DNA from: Hormiphora californensis | Taxonomy: Eukaryota; Animalia; Ctenophora | Assembly (NCBI GenBank): GCA_020137815.1 | Contig: CM035355.1 | Location: 1,302,001-1,366,000 of the forward strand | Reading direction: 5' to 3' | Length of the DNA: 64,000 bases | In this document: positions 44,765-60,063 of the stretch, piece after piece | Position numbering within the stretch: position 1 is the first letter of the stretch | Layout of the letters: every line of letters begins with the position of its first letter | The notes under the pieces: model-generated | What the model saw: only the letters and a program-made list of their open reading frames with translations | Told to the model about the DNA's origin: nothing | Database searches by the model: none | Program-made: the position numbers and the translations under genes

Positions 44765-45673
44765 TGCACTGTAAAATTTTTAAAACAAGAGTGAGAGACA
44801 GTTTAGGGCGTAACAATAGATAAGAACGAATTCATGATAAGGTAGCAGGTAGAGATATATCAGTATAAGATAAGATAACGCCTGAGAAAGGTAAAGAGAG
44901 TGAGAGATTAGTGAGAGTGAGAGAGATAGAAAGTGTGTGTAGGACCGGGAGTTCGTAACTGTTATCTTTATCTCGGTGCTGTAACGGCGTGAGAGTGTGC
45001 ATAAAGAAAGAAAGAAGGAGCTGGCCGGTATCCCGTTCTACTCCCCAGGATATAGGGATCTAGAGCCAGCCAAAATCCCTTGCATAGTTCTGACCCTCTT
45101 CGCAATCTCACGCTGAAATCTTACACTTTTCAAAATCTCTTATTATATCCGGAGGCTAGGCAAAACGATGGTACTGAACATCTGAGTCTTCCTCCGTGTC
45201 TTTCCATATTATTACCTATTATTATTATAACGGTGCCGACAGTAGCTTGCTGCTCAGTGGCTATACCGTAGTACTACCAAACCAAACCAAACCAAGAAAG
45301 AAGGAGCGGTGTTAAATTTTTCATGTATCACTGCTAGCAGTCATACATGAAAAATGTAACACTGCCAAGCAGCATGATTTTATCATACCTCAAAAGTTTA
45401 CAATGCCTATAATATATTGTGACTTTCAAATCTCTAAGGGCGTCTCGTCTGATCCAAATTAATACTCACTTATTTTTCAATTTAATTCCTAGTTTGGCAC
45501 CTGTAATTTGACACTACCCTCCTTTCCTTCAACAAGTTAGTGTGTGTCCGAGGCGATTTCATCATTTCACTTTATTCTACCGCCTTGTTTGTTATTTGCA
45601 GTAGTTCCAGAGTAGAAATTAGTTGATTTTATTGGTGTCAGTTGTTCTTAACATTAGACAGATTTGCTTATTT

Positions 45674-45773
45674 NNNNNNNNNNNNNNNNNNNNNNNNNNN
45701 NNNNNNNNNNNNNNNNNNNNNNNNNNNNNNNNNNNNNNNNNNNNNNNNNNNNNNNNNNNNNNNNNNNNNNNNN
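45674..45773. other. Scaffold gap (100 N)
   Basis: Direct sequence. Confidence 1.
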
Positions 45774-48700
45774 TATGGTCCCACACGGCATACCTGTGTC
45801 GAAGGTATCCACGAATCCTCCCGGGAAGTAAACAACTTAGTGTAACGACGCCCTGCGGCTGACTTGCTCAGGTTTAGCTTACCCTCCCTGGTAGGGCCCT
45901 TAGTTGGAGGCGTCCCTAGACAATTGGAGAAGTATTTGGTATTATGTTTATGAGCAGCTGAACAGAGGGATGTACTAAATAGCTGCATCCGTGGAACGAA
46001 GACTAAGAGATTGGAACACGGATTATGGGTTGGGCCCCCCCATGTTTTTTTACGCAACAGGAACCCCGGTTGTGTATCAGAGTTTTGAAACCCCAGCTTA
46101 ATAAAATCAAAACATCCCTTATAACATAGATATATATATATATAGAGATATATATATATATCTATATATATATATATCATAAGTGTAAATGATGTTTTGA
46201 TTTTATTCAACTGGGGTTTCAAAATTTCTTGGGTAGTACCATTCCCACTCTGATCGCGCATCCGATGAGGATATTAGTAAACCAAACATGATCGATACCC
46301 CCGCCTCTCACTTACATCTTTAGGGGGATCGTGCTCAAAATCCTCAGCGGCAGCAAGTTGTTCGAGTCTGCTACACTCCCCCCCTCACTCTCTTTTCTAA
46401 CTCCTCTACCTCTATCTGCCCCTAGGATGGAGGGGTTGCGGGTTTCGGAAAGACACAAAAGCCTATATTCTAGACATCACAGCTATCCGGGCCCACCACG
46501 CACAGTAATTTTTCCATGGGGGGGGGGCGAGCACTAAGTTCGTGCACACGCCGGTGCTGCGAAGCGCGCCGGAGGGACAAGGGGCAGGGCTCCCTAGTGT
46601 TTTTTGGCCAGTTGTGGGTCGACGGGGGCAAATCCCCAGGAAAATTGATACTTTTTACCGATTTTCACTCATTTTTAAGTATTTAGACCTAGAAGCCATC
46701 TTGAGAGAAAGATACTGACTCTCCAGCTTCATTTCCTTTTAATATGACCTGTATCTCTGACGGGTGTGACGCCCCGACAAAATTGAGCTTTACTGCATTT
46801 TATGCATTGAGAGTGAAGAAACCAAAACGAATGGGCACTCACATTCTCTACAAAGATTAAAGTAATTTCCAAGTTCTGTGAATCCCCCCCCGCCCCCCCC
46901 CCCCGTTTCGTGCGGCCCTGTAATCACTTCAGGCCTAGGTCTGTCTACGCGGCCGCGAACCCCTCAGAGCGCACTGTTTGAGAATCAAATGGGTTACTGG
47001 CCCGCCATAACAGCCTCGCGGTGGCATTGGGATATCTAAATCGGATATCCAGTCGGGACCCCTCCGTTTCAGTGCATCATCGGGGAAACACCAATCCTGC
47101 AACTAAATCGGGGTGCCACTCAATCGGGTCAATATGTTATTTCGATAGGACGGGGGAAAATCCCTGTCCACTAAATCGGGGTGCCACTAATCGGGGTGGT
47201 CCACAATCGGGTCCGACTGTAGCAATAGCGCTAGATCTGATCACCGTGGCGGTGTACTTTATGAGGGAGCACTGAGATCTTGTATATTGGTGTACCTGTC
47301 AAGACTCTGTATTTTCCATCTGCCACATGTATCATTCTTATCAAGTGGTGCACCCTGAGACCCTGCCCCCCAAGTCAGAACGCCTCGCGGGAAACACAGG
47401 AGCGTTAAAAGCACACAATCATCCAACAAGCACTCTTCCCAAGGCCAGCAGGCGAATGACACACACCTCTTGGCCGCTGGGCGGCTGCAATGCTATCCTA
47501 AAGGTCGTAGTGTGGGGCGTGTCCCTCGCGCGCTACGCGAACTAAGCTCCCACAGTGTGACCTAAATGTCTTGGAACACCCCCGCTCAGAATATTTACAG
47601 GTTAAAAACTGGACCCTGAAGGTATAATTGTTAGAACATCTTTTACCGAGATCAGGACCACGTACCGAGGGATGACCACGGGGTGGGAAGTTGAAGACAG
47701 TTAGTTGATCTATCTCTGCCAATGACCCATCCTCACAGCCCCGTCTCCCCCACATCACTAGAATGCGAAAAGATGGGCTAGGGTCCTGAGCAGAGAAAGT
47801 GCGACGACCAGGGCCTACCTTCTGTTAGATCGAACCCCTGTCCAGGGATGTATATATATGCTTAGTATATTATATATTAGATATATATATATCATCCTAT
47901 ATATCATCTCCTTCTTGCGCGCGCGCGCAGAAGCAGCAGCGCATGCGCTAGAGCGCTCGAGCTGGCGCGCCGCGCGCGATAGCGCTCGAGAGAGAGAGAG
48001 AGAGAGAGCGAGAGAGGCGCTCGCGAGAGAGCGAGAAGAGCCTCCGGTACCGACGCAGACAGCTTTCCCTCATTGTCAAACGAAATACCTCACCATGGGT
48101 GCCCGGGGATTGCGCAAACCGCTTGGGCAAACTTGTGAGATCGGCCCCCCCCCCCCCTCCCCCTGATTTCCAAACCTGGATTTTAGGTTTTCAATACCAC
48201 ATGAGTTTTTTACTGACTTTGAGGCCAAACTACGATTGGCTTTTATCTTGAGGTGTGTGTTAGATAGTCAAAAAGAATTTTGCACTATTATAACACTGAT
48301 TTCCCGTGCCGGCATGAAGCTGGGGGGTGTGGAAGAAAGGAACTCGCTTGTGTTTTAATCTGACATTGACAATGCACGCCACCTCACCTTCCTGCAACAA
48401 CGTGCCTTAAGTGGTTATTCAGGAGCAGTTAGTTTGCCTGTATCCACTGCTTCACTATATTTCTACAATTCAAAAATTGCTACAGAGCTACATGGCTCGC
48501 AAATTGTTACTATGACGAGTGGCTCTAGAAATTCCATAGCAAGAACACCCACATCTACTCACAACACAACCTCACACCTTTTTTATCCTTCCTCTTTCAC
48601 TTACCTAACTCCACTTTCCCCTGGCCACAGATCTTTTCTCTATCCATCTACTACCGATTTTACTATTAATAACCTAAATGTTTATCTTCGCATTCCTTAA

Positions 48701-51700
48701 CACCTGCTATCCCTTTTCTTTTGCAAACCAAAAAGGCATCCAGTGAAGATGCCGTGCAGGGAAATGGGAACGTCTATTGTCAACATGATGTATTGCCGCA
48801 GGTGGAACATTTGTAAAAAACATTTCAGCGGTCCAATGTCCCCAACCATACACATGACAAGTCGTTTTAATTCATCATCTCTGTCGTGTTCAGACTAGCC
48901 TCTTTGATCTCCCGACACGGAATCGCTTTTGTTGAGTCAGATTGGCTCGTGGAGGTAGACCTCACCTGCTCTTTCCTTCGTCCCTGCGCCCTTGGTGTCC
49001 TGCTTCACAAGCCGCCCTTAATTCCCGCGCTTTGCGTTCCTATTAATTGGTTTTTTGTCCATCTCGTTTCTCATCTGGGTTCAGTTTATAATGTATTTGT
49101 GTATGGACAGAGCTGATTTCAAGAATGTGACAAGATATATTTCCATTCTTTGCAAGAGGTGTTACTTGGACAAGCTTATACTAAAAATAAAGTTACAATA
49201 ACCCAGTATAACTATTAACCACCATAACTCCTTCTTATACCACCCAAGATCTCTATCGTGGCTTGAATCAACTACTGTCCACTTCAACAACATACTCGCC
49301 TCCACATAAATACCTTGTTCCTATGTAATCAATTATTATTTCAATGCTTCATTCTGCAGACATAATAATAGGAAAAGCACTCCCCGGTAGGGTGTGAACG
49401 TCGACTCTGCATGGCTGGCAGCGCAAGGTTGCATTACTTTTTTCTGCCCCCACCCCACTCCCACACGTTTTTCAGAAAGCCCGCAGAAAAAGCAGTTATA
49501 CCTTTTACATATTATCGGTTTTTTTGGCATGAAAATCCAGATTCATAGGCTATAGCTTGCGCCCCTTTCATCGTTTGACGCCTTGACTTTGGAATGTAAT
49601 TACCCGGCTTGAGGTCTTTGAACTCAGTCTTAAAATCAAGTCTCTATCCTCATCTGGAACCGAAGTTACAGACAGGTCCCATTTGCCCCTAAGTTTCGGG
49701 TAACAAAAACAATAAAAGGAAGGAAGAGACTTGCTTTTTAAGAAAAAGGTGACCAAACCGAAAAGGAGGAGAGACGGAGGCAAGAGCCGCTCCGCTGCTC
49801 TTCCTATCAAGCGGGTAAGATCGACGGGAGGTGGGGGCAATGAGGGTGGAGGGGGGGTCCAGGGTCAAAACGCCCAGAACGGCCCGAACGGCGTAAAGGT
49901 CATTTTGCAGACTCGAAAACCAAATGCTGGAAGCGCCAGGGACACCCGCAACACCACAGCACCCTGAAGAGACGGATTCTCATCGAAATCAGAAGACTCC
50001 ATCAATGGAAAGAGAATTGCTACTTTCAGCAACTACAACACATCTTGAATTTTGAAAATCCAGCAGACGGTTAATGGTCTTAAGCGGTCAAAGTGTTACG
50101 GACTGTTGTAGAAAACGATATGACGTTATGGTTTTTTTTTCACTATACGGACGCAATCTCGTCCAATCGATTTCTCTAAACTTAGGTCTACTTCAATATC
50201 GAGGCCAGCTAGTTGGGCCGCCCCCTATAATATACTGCCATAATCTTTGACGTTACACACGTCGTGATTTCATTTCATTACGTCAACTGACGATCCCAAA
50301 TGAAAAATTTCTTTCTCAATTCGCGCCTCTTCCCTCTTAGTACCTCTTCTAGCTACTAAATCTACAATATGAAAAAAAATTCGCTCAAAAATTCCCAAAA
50401 ATGAAGGAAGTGTACTCAAGCGAACAGAAACTAATTTGAGATTAGTAGGCCTGGAAGTGCCTTACGATTTGAAGCTACCTTTGGCCACTGGTACAATATC
50501 CCTTTTGAATAAAACATAACAAAAGCAATCGGTTATACCCGGTCTGGACCCCCGTGTGTTACGGGTGGCAAACGGTAGCTCAAATCGTAGGCACCTCTCC
50601 ACCTACTAATTTCAATTAGTTTTGGTATAACATGTTTATACTACTATGCTGCAGAGTCTGGACAATGTGGATCCGTCATTATGGATGGGAATTGTGATAT
50701 GATAATTCCTCGAGATACTCTTGCGTTCCTTGTTTTTTACTACTCTGGCTCTCCCCTGGCTCTCTTTCTATAGCATATTCTTCTTTATGTTTCTCAGTGT
50801 AAAACGGTTTGAGAAAAGGGAGCAAATGAGAGAGAGAGAGAGAGACAGAGAGAGAGAGGGAGACAGAGACAGAGAGAAAGCCCATACAATAGTGATCAGA
50901 GTAGCAGGTATAACATCTATGTATGGGTAGCCACCTGTCGCTCTCTCCCATACAGACACCCCGGACATCGACCTCACGGCTTAAATTACATGCATACAAC
51001 AATTGCCAGTGTGGGAACCTTAGGAGGTCAACATCGTGATTAACATGACTAGATTTGGAAGCAGACAACCAAACACAGACAACAGACCCACGCATTGCCA
51101 TGAGCCATACACTAATGAAGTGTCACTATCGTCTACTAAAATATACATTCTAAGAAGACTCGGGGGATTCTACCCAGCTACTCAATAACTTACCTTGCTT
51201 CCAAAGACAATCCAGTTAGGTGGGATTATAATTTGTTCGTAGTCCCCAAGCTGCAGTGATCCTCAATCAGACTCAATTTAAAACACGACGGATGGTACTA
51301 GGAAAGGGAAACTTATTTTAGGAGATTATCGAGGAACTGAAATGAAGTGTGGCACTTCTCTGCTTTATTTTAAGTTGTTTAAGTTAGAGGTGCAGCACGA
51401 AACCTAAATGGGAATAAATTAAAACAATTGTGTGTAACTTTTTCCCTGGCTGTCCAATTTAAAGTTTTTGGCGAAAGATGACGTCTCAAGTTGTGTTGAA
51501 TTCATTGATCCTAGAACCCCATGGCCCTTCCTAAAGTGTATCCTTGGATCAAGCGGATCACAACATTTGGCGACGGTCTCATGTGCTTCCATTCCAACGT
51601 TGGTTTGCCAAGCCTGCACGTAATGCAACATTCCTGGTATCAAGGAATTTCAAACACACCATTCCAACACACACTTTTTTTCACCAAACTCTCTAAGTGA

Positions 51701-54700
51701 CACCACGATGTTACCACAATTTGTTGAGGGAATTATGCCGACTTTCTTTCTCTTGTACTCTCACTGTAATATTGTGGATGAGAAATTGGCTTTGTTTGTA
51801 TTGTGGCGTACCGCTACGAACAGGTTATGAGCCGGGGTAAGAGCTGCATGATAGGGGGCTTGCTGGAATTCTAAATCCTACAAGGGGGATTTATATTTGT
51901 GTAGCTCTAGGGCGGGGTGGTTTTAAATGGGGGGTCTATTAACACCTGTGCCGGGAGAAGTGCCCTACAGGAGAGACTGGCAGGGATATTTATTACTAGG
52001 TCGAGGTTGTTAAACGAAGTGAGGATGAGCCCTATACGTTTGTTCTAGCTATCTACTCGATCTCTCGATGCTCGGCTATTCTAGTCGAGCTATAGATCCT
52101 TATAATCTCCTATCTCTACTCTCTGATCTTATATAGAGCATGATATATTATATCTATACGACTAGCTTATCTATATATAGTAGATATATAATCTCTCTCT
52201 CAATCATATAGCGATATACTCCTCTTAAGCTCGTTATATCTCTCATATCCCTCTCTCTATATGCTTAGCTCGCGTCTCTCTTACCTCGCAATAGATCTAT
52301 CTCTCGTATATATATGTTACTCTCTCTTCCTCTAGCGCTTCGATCTCCTCGACTCTCATCTGATCCTCTTATCCTCGAGTCCTATAGCTGATGATCTTAT
52401 CCTCTCTCATCTACTCTCTCTCATCCTCGCGCGCTTGCCTCTCTTCATCTCTCGATCTCTGCTCTTCCTCTCTCTCTCTCATCGTCTCCTCTCTCGCTCT
52501 CGCGCTCTCCTCTCTCTCTCTCATCTCTCCTCTCGCTCTCTTCTCATCTCTCTCCTCTCTCTCTCTCTCTCTACCCTCTTCTCTCTCTCTTCTGCCTCAG
52601 ATCGCTCTATCTCTCTCGCTCCTTCTCTATCGCTCTCTGCGTTCTCCTCTATATCTCTCTTCTCTCGCTATCGCTCTCTCCGGCTCTATCTCTCTCGGCT
52701 CTCTGCCAGCCTATATATCACCTAAGAGATTCGTCGAGAGCTATCGATCTAGAGATAGAGATCTAGAGCTAGCTAGAGAGCGCGACGATATCTTGCTCGA
52801 TAGTGTCTTAGATCGATCGAATTCGCGACCTATCAGATCTAGTAGCTCAGATATCTATAGAGTGAGATTCGTATATATATATATAGAAATATATATATAT
52901 AGATCTAGATAACAGAGCGAGTGTTATGTATACCCTTCTAGTTATAGTGATCATTGATAGAGTTTGTAGATGAGAGATCTCTAATATAAGCCACTCGCTC
53001 GTATAGAGGTGTGGTCTATATGCAGTTCATCATGCAGTCCTGCAGGAACCTTGTCACAGAGACTGTTACATGCTCTACTCTAGTGTATATGGACCACAAC
53101 TACATCGACTAGCACTCTTTTTTCACACGCCCTCTGCCACTCTATCTCTCTTTCCCCTCTCTATCTTTGTCTATCTCTCCCCACTCTCTCTCTTCCTCTC
53201 TTTATATCTATCTTTTTCTCCCCTCTCAAGAATCTACCCCTCCCCACCCACCCCCATCTGAACAAGGTATGGGTCTCTCTCCATCCCCTATCATCTAAAC
53301 TCTATAGTCTATATTTCTTTTCTCTCCCCCCTCACCAAGTCCACTATCTGTATTGTACAACTAATGCAAAAATGTACATGGTAGTCAAACCCACTAGCTG
53401 TGCTGAATGACTTGTTAGGTGACGTAATATGACACTCACCGAATCTTTGCAACCAGAACAACGTTCTGGCCACGAACTGCCTTTATTCGTCCTCCCGCCC
53501 ACGTGGGACCCTTCTGAAGTGTTTTGTTGCACTCCCCGGCACCGCTGAGAATGAGTTTTACGTTGTAACACCCAGTGATGGTGCGTCCAGCTTTCCTTTC
53601 CTTCTTAATTTCCACCCGGAAGGTATCCGGCATTCTTCACACAGATAGCGTTTCCTGGCAGTCATCATGAAGAACCATCCGGCATACGGAGCATCGGACC
53701 TTGTTTCTCCGGATCCTGCACTCGGCTAAGGGAAGAGGAACGGGGTTAGTGTAAAGTATCTAGTAGGAAGATTTTGTCTGGGAAATTTCGACATGAATTC
53801 ATTAGATCAGAGATAGGAACGCGTGGTAAAGTGGTTGTGGGCGTAGGTTTTATAGCTCTATGAATGAAGAGCTGCAGTCGGAACATGAAATAGGCTTAAA
53901 ACCGAGGATAATTTTCTATAACTTGTTTGTTAGATGTCCCAAATTGGAAAAGCGATGCCGTAGTTTTTGCATTCATTCACCACTTTGCGATATATATATA
54001 GATATACCAGTCTCAGTCAATTTCAAATCGCAACAGTATTTACAACATACCGTTTTAATACGCTACACATACCTTGTCGGGTGGTAGTGTAATGCACTGC
54101 TGATCCCTCCTACTCGTACCCCATAGTGGGGATCCCATTGGAGGCCTCTCTGTCCAGTCGCTGTTGGTGGTACGCAGGCCATGGACCCACTCGAGCCCCT
54201 GATAGAATGTAGCGGTTGAAAGTAACTAAACTTGATTGTGGAATCGTGGTTAACTCACACTTTCCATTTTGAGAATCATGAGAACATGAATCATTCTTGG
54301 TTTCATTGTTCACACCCAATGGTTTTTAGCGGGTGACATGAACACCACCAGCCCCACCATCTCCACACCTGAATCTGAATTGCAATAAAATTAAACATGG
54401 GCCAAAGTGTTCGATCAAGATTTCATTCTCCATTTATTCCAATTTTTTTTCGAGCACTCAAATTTAAAAAAACAGAACAGTTTTCTTCTGCTCTCACTGT
54501 TGACGGTCTGATGCGGGACCAGCTCGAGACAGAGATCAGTCCCGAATCCCCCTACTAGTTACTGAGCGGACACCCATCTGCTGTTGTCGTTGCGGCTCCC
54601 TGTCACTAGTTCTACAACACTGTAGGCAGGGAGACGCTCTAGCCGCAACACACGGCACCACCATGATGTAGAGTGATAATTCGGCGTGTATAATAGCCTT

Positions 54701-57700
54701 TGAGTCCCCATACCCAGAAATGTACTGCAGCAGCACTCGAGGGTGTGCGGTGTCAACACACAGAAGGTTTATTTTTTGCTGCTTTGCACGGCGTGTTGCG
54801 GGTTTGTTGAACCACTGCATAAAACACGCATACACAAGATGGGTGTGCAATTTGTCCTAAGTGTTGGTCAGTTTGGCAGGATAGTCAGGGGGTGGGGTCA
54901 TTGCTTGCAAGTTGTAATGAAATGGGCCCAAATATGCTAAAGTTTAATATGGAATAAATTGAGGGCCCAGTTTCCAAGGGGTCCACGGACAAGTCGTGGA
55001 TACTGTAGTGGCACTTAGAACAGACAGCAACGCACACAAAAACAACGCAACTTGCTTTAGCCAGCCCTCATACTGACACGAAACGTGCATTCCTATCTAG
55101 TGACCCACAGTGCCTTGAACAGAGTGCTCCTTTCCCTAAAAGTATAAACGATAAAACGAGAAATATAATCTCACCGCCACACGAAGAGCAGTCAACAAAC
55201 AGGCTCTGTGAGTGTGTAGAATGGTGTGTACACGTGGTCATGTTTCATGTGACCTACTCCTAACACAAATAGAAAGTACCACAACATCTTTTTATATAAA
55301 TGCACTCTTTTAAAGCAATCAGAACACCCACAACACCTATCAGCAAAGCCACGTTCAAATAAACCTATCTAGGACTGATGCCTACCTATAGAGGACTTGA
55401 GGAATTGGACACAGTCAATATGCCCAGTACACATGATGAGGCGACGAGAAGCATAGAAGCGGAGAACATTGGTTCCCAGAGTGAATTCGGAGCTTACTGT
55501 TGTTGAAGGACGGGCATGAAACTTATCTTTTGTTGGGCAACATAACGGTAAAGACGATAAGAATGAAGTTTTAAATTAACGAAAAATGCGGACAAAAGTG
55601 ATATTCTACGACCTGAGAGAATCTAAAAAAAGTTGCGACCTAAAAATAGAGATCTTAGCGGGTGATGATTTATTTTCCGATTAGGCTGTAGCATTCCGGC
55701 ACAAACTCCATATCAAGGGTGAATCTTCTAAGAGCTCAGGTCACATCGAATCCAGGTAAAGCTAAGGTCTGCGGATTACTGATGCGGATAGAACTGCCGT
55801 GGAGTGCCGCCAGATCAATTCAGGCCCAAATAATTTGACTTTTCGTCATGGGCAGATAATGTACTTTCTTCACACGGGGTCATCATATGCACCGTGAATT
55901 AGTAAAAAACAAAACCGCCATACGCTTAAAAACACAATCCAGTTCGTTAGTTTATATGCACAATGTCGATGGATATTAGCTTGGCTCCATTATCTGGGGC
56001 TCCTTCCTGACTTTTTACTTGTTGCGCTGTGTCATACAGGACACCCGGAGTACTGGGAGCCATCAACACCCACATCTCTATTCTAGTTTGGTTTTTGACC
56101 ACAAAACCCGAAAAGCCTTGGGAAGAACTTTCCTTCCAAAATGAGTACACAAGTAAACAATACATGGAACGAGAACAGTACAGATGTAAGTACTACAAGT
56201 AGAGCTGTATGCATACACTTGTCATGTGACGTTCGGAAAGAAGAAGAGACGCGAAGAGATAGAGGCGGAATAAGGAAGAAGAGAGAGACAATAGAGAAAG
56301 AACAGAGAGAGAGAAACAGAAAGAGAAATTATATCGGTACCTCGAGTACTTACTATATAGGAGGCACACCTAAAGTTACGGTCTACCATATCCACCAGGT
56401 GTTTTTTGCGCAAAGTCCAGGGTTTAGATCTAAGCAGCAAGTAGGTACCCACTCCTGATTGATCTCGTTCCTCTCCTCTAACCAACATCGACATCACACC
56501 GTTCCCAGCCCTCTCTCCACAGTGCACGCGTGTTCTCTTTCACCTAAGTCTCTATACCGCTACCCCCTACCTCTGATACGTGCTTTCGAGTAGCGTTTTA
56601 TTAAGGTGATACCTTGGCGACTAGGGACCGTTCGTGGGTGCGCGTTGTAGACATGACAGGGGACGCTGTTCACCGCTGTCTATAGGACAGTAACAATCAC
56701 TCCTTCTCCTGTGTGTTACCGCGGACTTCAACACTGCCATCATGTCGTTTCCCTCCTCTAACCCCACCCTGGACTGTTCTAATACGACTGGCACAAAAAC
56801 CGTCAACAGAGACGGGGGTACCCGGCTCCGCCAGTGGCTGGCATGGGCGCTGGCTAATTCTGTTCTACGTTGATAGCCGGTGGGGGCCCCTCTCTGCTCC
56901 GGTGCGGCCTCTCTTCTCTAGATCTCTCTCTCTCTCTCCGCTCTGTTCCGGGGGGGTTGGGGGAGGGTGCGGGTGCGGGGGGCGGGTTGCGGGGGGGTTG
57001 GTGAGGGGGCGGGGGTGCGTGGAGGAAGTCGCGTGGGAGGTGTGGTTTGGGGGGGGGGATCGGGGGGGGGGTCAGGGGTGGGAGGGAAAAAGAATTAGGG
57101 TTTAGGCGCCTCTGAATGGTTCTGATAGGTGTGGAAAGGGTCGCTAGTAAACGATAGGCAGGTCGTCCCATGTTTGTAAGTTTCACACAAAGTACAGCTG
57201 TGTCAGGATTCCTGTGCTGCACATCTCTGAGGGGTCGTCTCGTTATGCGTCGAGGTGTCACACTCCCATTTAGATTTTACTGGCGATCTCTCTCACACCA
57301 CCAATACGACGGAGGTAATCAACGGGAGTGGTATGTGTAGAAAAAATGGATAGAGGGATGAGGGATAGCGAGAGAGAAGAGAGAGAGAGAGAGAGAGAAA
57401 GGATGAGAGAGAGCTGAGGAGAGAGAGAGAGAGAGAGAGAGAGAGGGGAAGGTCGAGAGAGCAGAGAGGAGAGAGAGGAGAGAGAGAGGAATGATAGAGC
57501 GAGAGAGGAGAGAGAGGGAGAGATAGAGATGAGAAGGAGCAGCGCTAAGAGAGCGGGAAGAAGCGAGAGAGCGAGAGAGAGAGAGAGAGAGATAGAGAAG
57601 ATAAATAGAGGAGAGAGAGATAGAGAGCGATAAATATACATTTTGGTCTGTCCTATCACTGTAATATAGGCAATGAGTTAAGTTGGGTCCAACTAAGAAG

Positions 57701-58440
57701 AAATGAGAGACTATACTGTAAGATGTACTTGAGTGAGATGTAGAGGAAGGTTACAATACAAAACGCGGCAAATGTCTATTGGCAAATCCTTATATGGACT
57801 GGCGAGAACTGCACATGGGGCTAGTAAATATATATGCTATCAACTGATGTGAATAGTGTGATCAGTCGCGTACTGGAAGGGGGGGGGACTTGGGGCCTCA
57901 ATCCATGGTCCGTGTGAGCCTCCCGAATGTTAGGGGCCCCCGAATTAGCGGCACCCCCCGATTTAGTGGACAAGGATTTTTCCTCCCCCGATTGATATAG
58001 GACAATTGACCGCTTATTGTGACCCCGAATTTAGTAGTCTTAGTGAACACCCGATTTATGTGGCAAGACCTTTCCCCCCTCCGAGGTGGTCCCTAAATCG
58101 CGGGTCCGCGTATAGCAACTAAAAAACAATTGTGTCACGGTCCACCTCTTGTGGAATCCACTAACCAATTACCAGGGCAAGTAATATGTGAAAGGACAAT
58201 GAACCACGAGTCCTGCTACGCAGTAGCCGCAGGTAACAATAAGAACAGTATAAATACTGGAGTCAAGTTCTCACGCTCAGGAGCTGGAGGTTCTGAGGGT
58301 TGTAAAAGAAAGTAACCATGATAGAACAACACTGTATTAACCACAAGCAACTCTGGATGTAACCACAGCCAACACTCTGGATGTACCCCACAAACACTTG
58401 GTAATGTAACCACAGCAACCTTGGGAATTTGGATGTGCCT
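45774..58440 (-). other. Noisy reverse-complement copy of about 330-11930 (DGK 5' half, MITEs, minisatellite); probable assembly artefact
   Basis: Collinear inverse matches throughout, e.g. 45790-45960 vs exon 11743-11904, 54100-54200 vs 3983-4115 and 57900-58110 vs MITE 672-843; dense random indels. Confidence 0.88.
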
Positions 58441-58708
58441 AGCAACATTGGGAGTACCCATAAAGGAACGTGTCATGCAACATAAATTTTTTTGCAGAGA
58501 TGGGTATGTTTCATGTTCATGAGCCAAAGACAATGATGGAAAGAAGTGGGTGATGAGATGAAAATGAGAGAGAGAGAGAGAGAGATGAGGAAAGAGAGGA
58601 GAGATGTGAGAGAGAGAGAGACCGAGAGAGGACAGAAAAGAGAAGAGAGACAGAGACATTAGACAGAGAACAGTAAAGATAGAAATAAAGAGGAGGGAGA
58701 AAGAGAGA

Positions 58709-58741
<33 letters not shown>

Positions 58742-60026
58742 GAGAGAGAACAGGGATAGAAGCTGGTTCACACCATCATAACACCAGGTGGAACGTAGCC
58801 GCGACTAGAAAGAGACTCTCCTGGTCCCATGTGGTCTTGTACAAAGGGCAAAAAGGGTGTGATGTGCAGTGTGCATATATTATTATTACGGAGGGTGATT
58901 TAGATTTAATTAATTTATTTAGAGAGATTTAGTTAGGGTGCTGAACTAATATATCTGAGTTTATTACTCGGCACATTCGGTATGCAGACCTTAGGACTTC
59001 GTGTTTCAAGCCAGGTCTACAATATTGTTTGATCATGGCTCGGATCCACTCGTTGAGACTGATCGAAAGCCATAGAAAAACGGGCGGGTTTGACCTACAC
59101 TGGGTACGATTTCATTACACATCATCACAAAACGGAGATACATGTGGAGCCTACACCAATTGTCTAGCACACAATAAAATACTATGCTCATTGCACACCC
59201 TCATTAACTCAACATAATTTCATATCACTAGCCAACATAATCGTGGGGGATACAAGAAGCAAATAGTGAGATTCGAACATCCCATGACCCATCGACAAAA
59301 AAATACGCAAATCTGCAATGTTAGAAACAACTAGACACCAATAAAATAGAGACAGAAATCAGAGAGTTAAAATATTGCTAAGTATATAGGTACACAGGTA
59401 AACAATCCGGCTTGTTACAGTTACCACGTACTATTCTGCTCGATCTACAGTGTGTTCGATGATAAACACTGATAATACTACTGTACTTGTTTCCACGTTG
59501 CCTTGTTTAGATCTTAAGTGGATACTCCGGTATCATTCTCTGGGTTGTTAGAGCTAACTGTCAACAGTCTGTGCATCCTCCCCTGAGTGAGAGGCATTGT
59601 CGGTATCACCAGGGTGCGAGATCTCATGTTGACGATAATTAGAATACTCTGATGATATCTCTTGCTGCACAATTTCGCACAGATATTAAAGTTCATAAGC
59701 ATTGGAATGGATCTTGCTCGTTCGACGGTCACAAGCAGATATGCTTATGAACAAGCAAGAACATGATAAGAAGACGAACTTTTTTGCAAGTAACTAAATC
59801 TGCTGATGAATTGCTTTCTTTCCAAGATTGTATAATGTTGAAGTGCACATTTTATTGTTGTATCGGTATAGAGAGGGAAAACAGCCAACCAATATATCTT
59901 ATTATAGTTGATGTGATCGAAAAGGTTTTGTTTCTTAATACAACCTGGCGTTACTCCCAATTGATAAACTGTCGATCAGCCAGGATAGAAATAAAGAGAG
60001 AAATAGGAAAGAGAGAGAGGGAGAGA

Positions 60027-60063
<37 letters not shown>

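Noticed and set aside
52000-52950. Ser/Leu-rich 173-aa ORF and scrambled CT/AT/CG dinucleotide sequence
   Set aside because: Mis-called microsatellite inside the noisy inverted copy.
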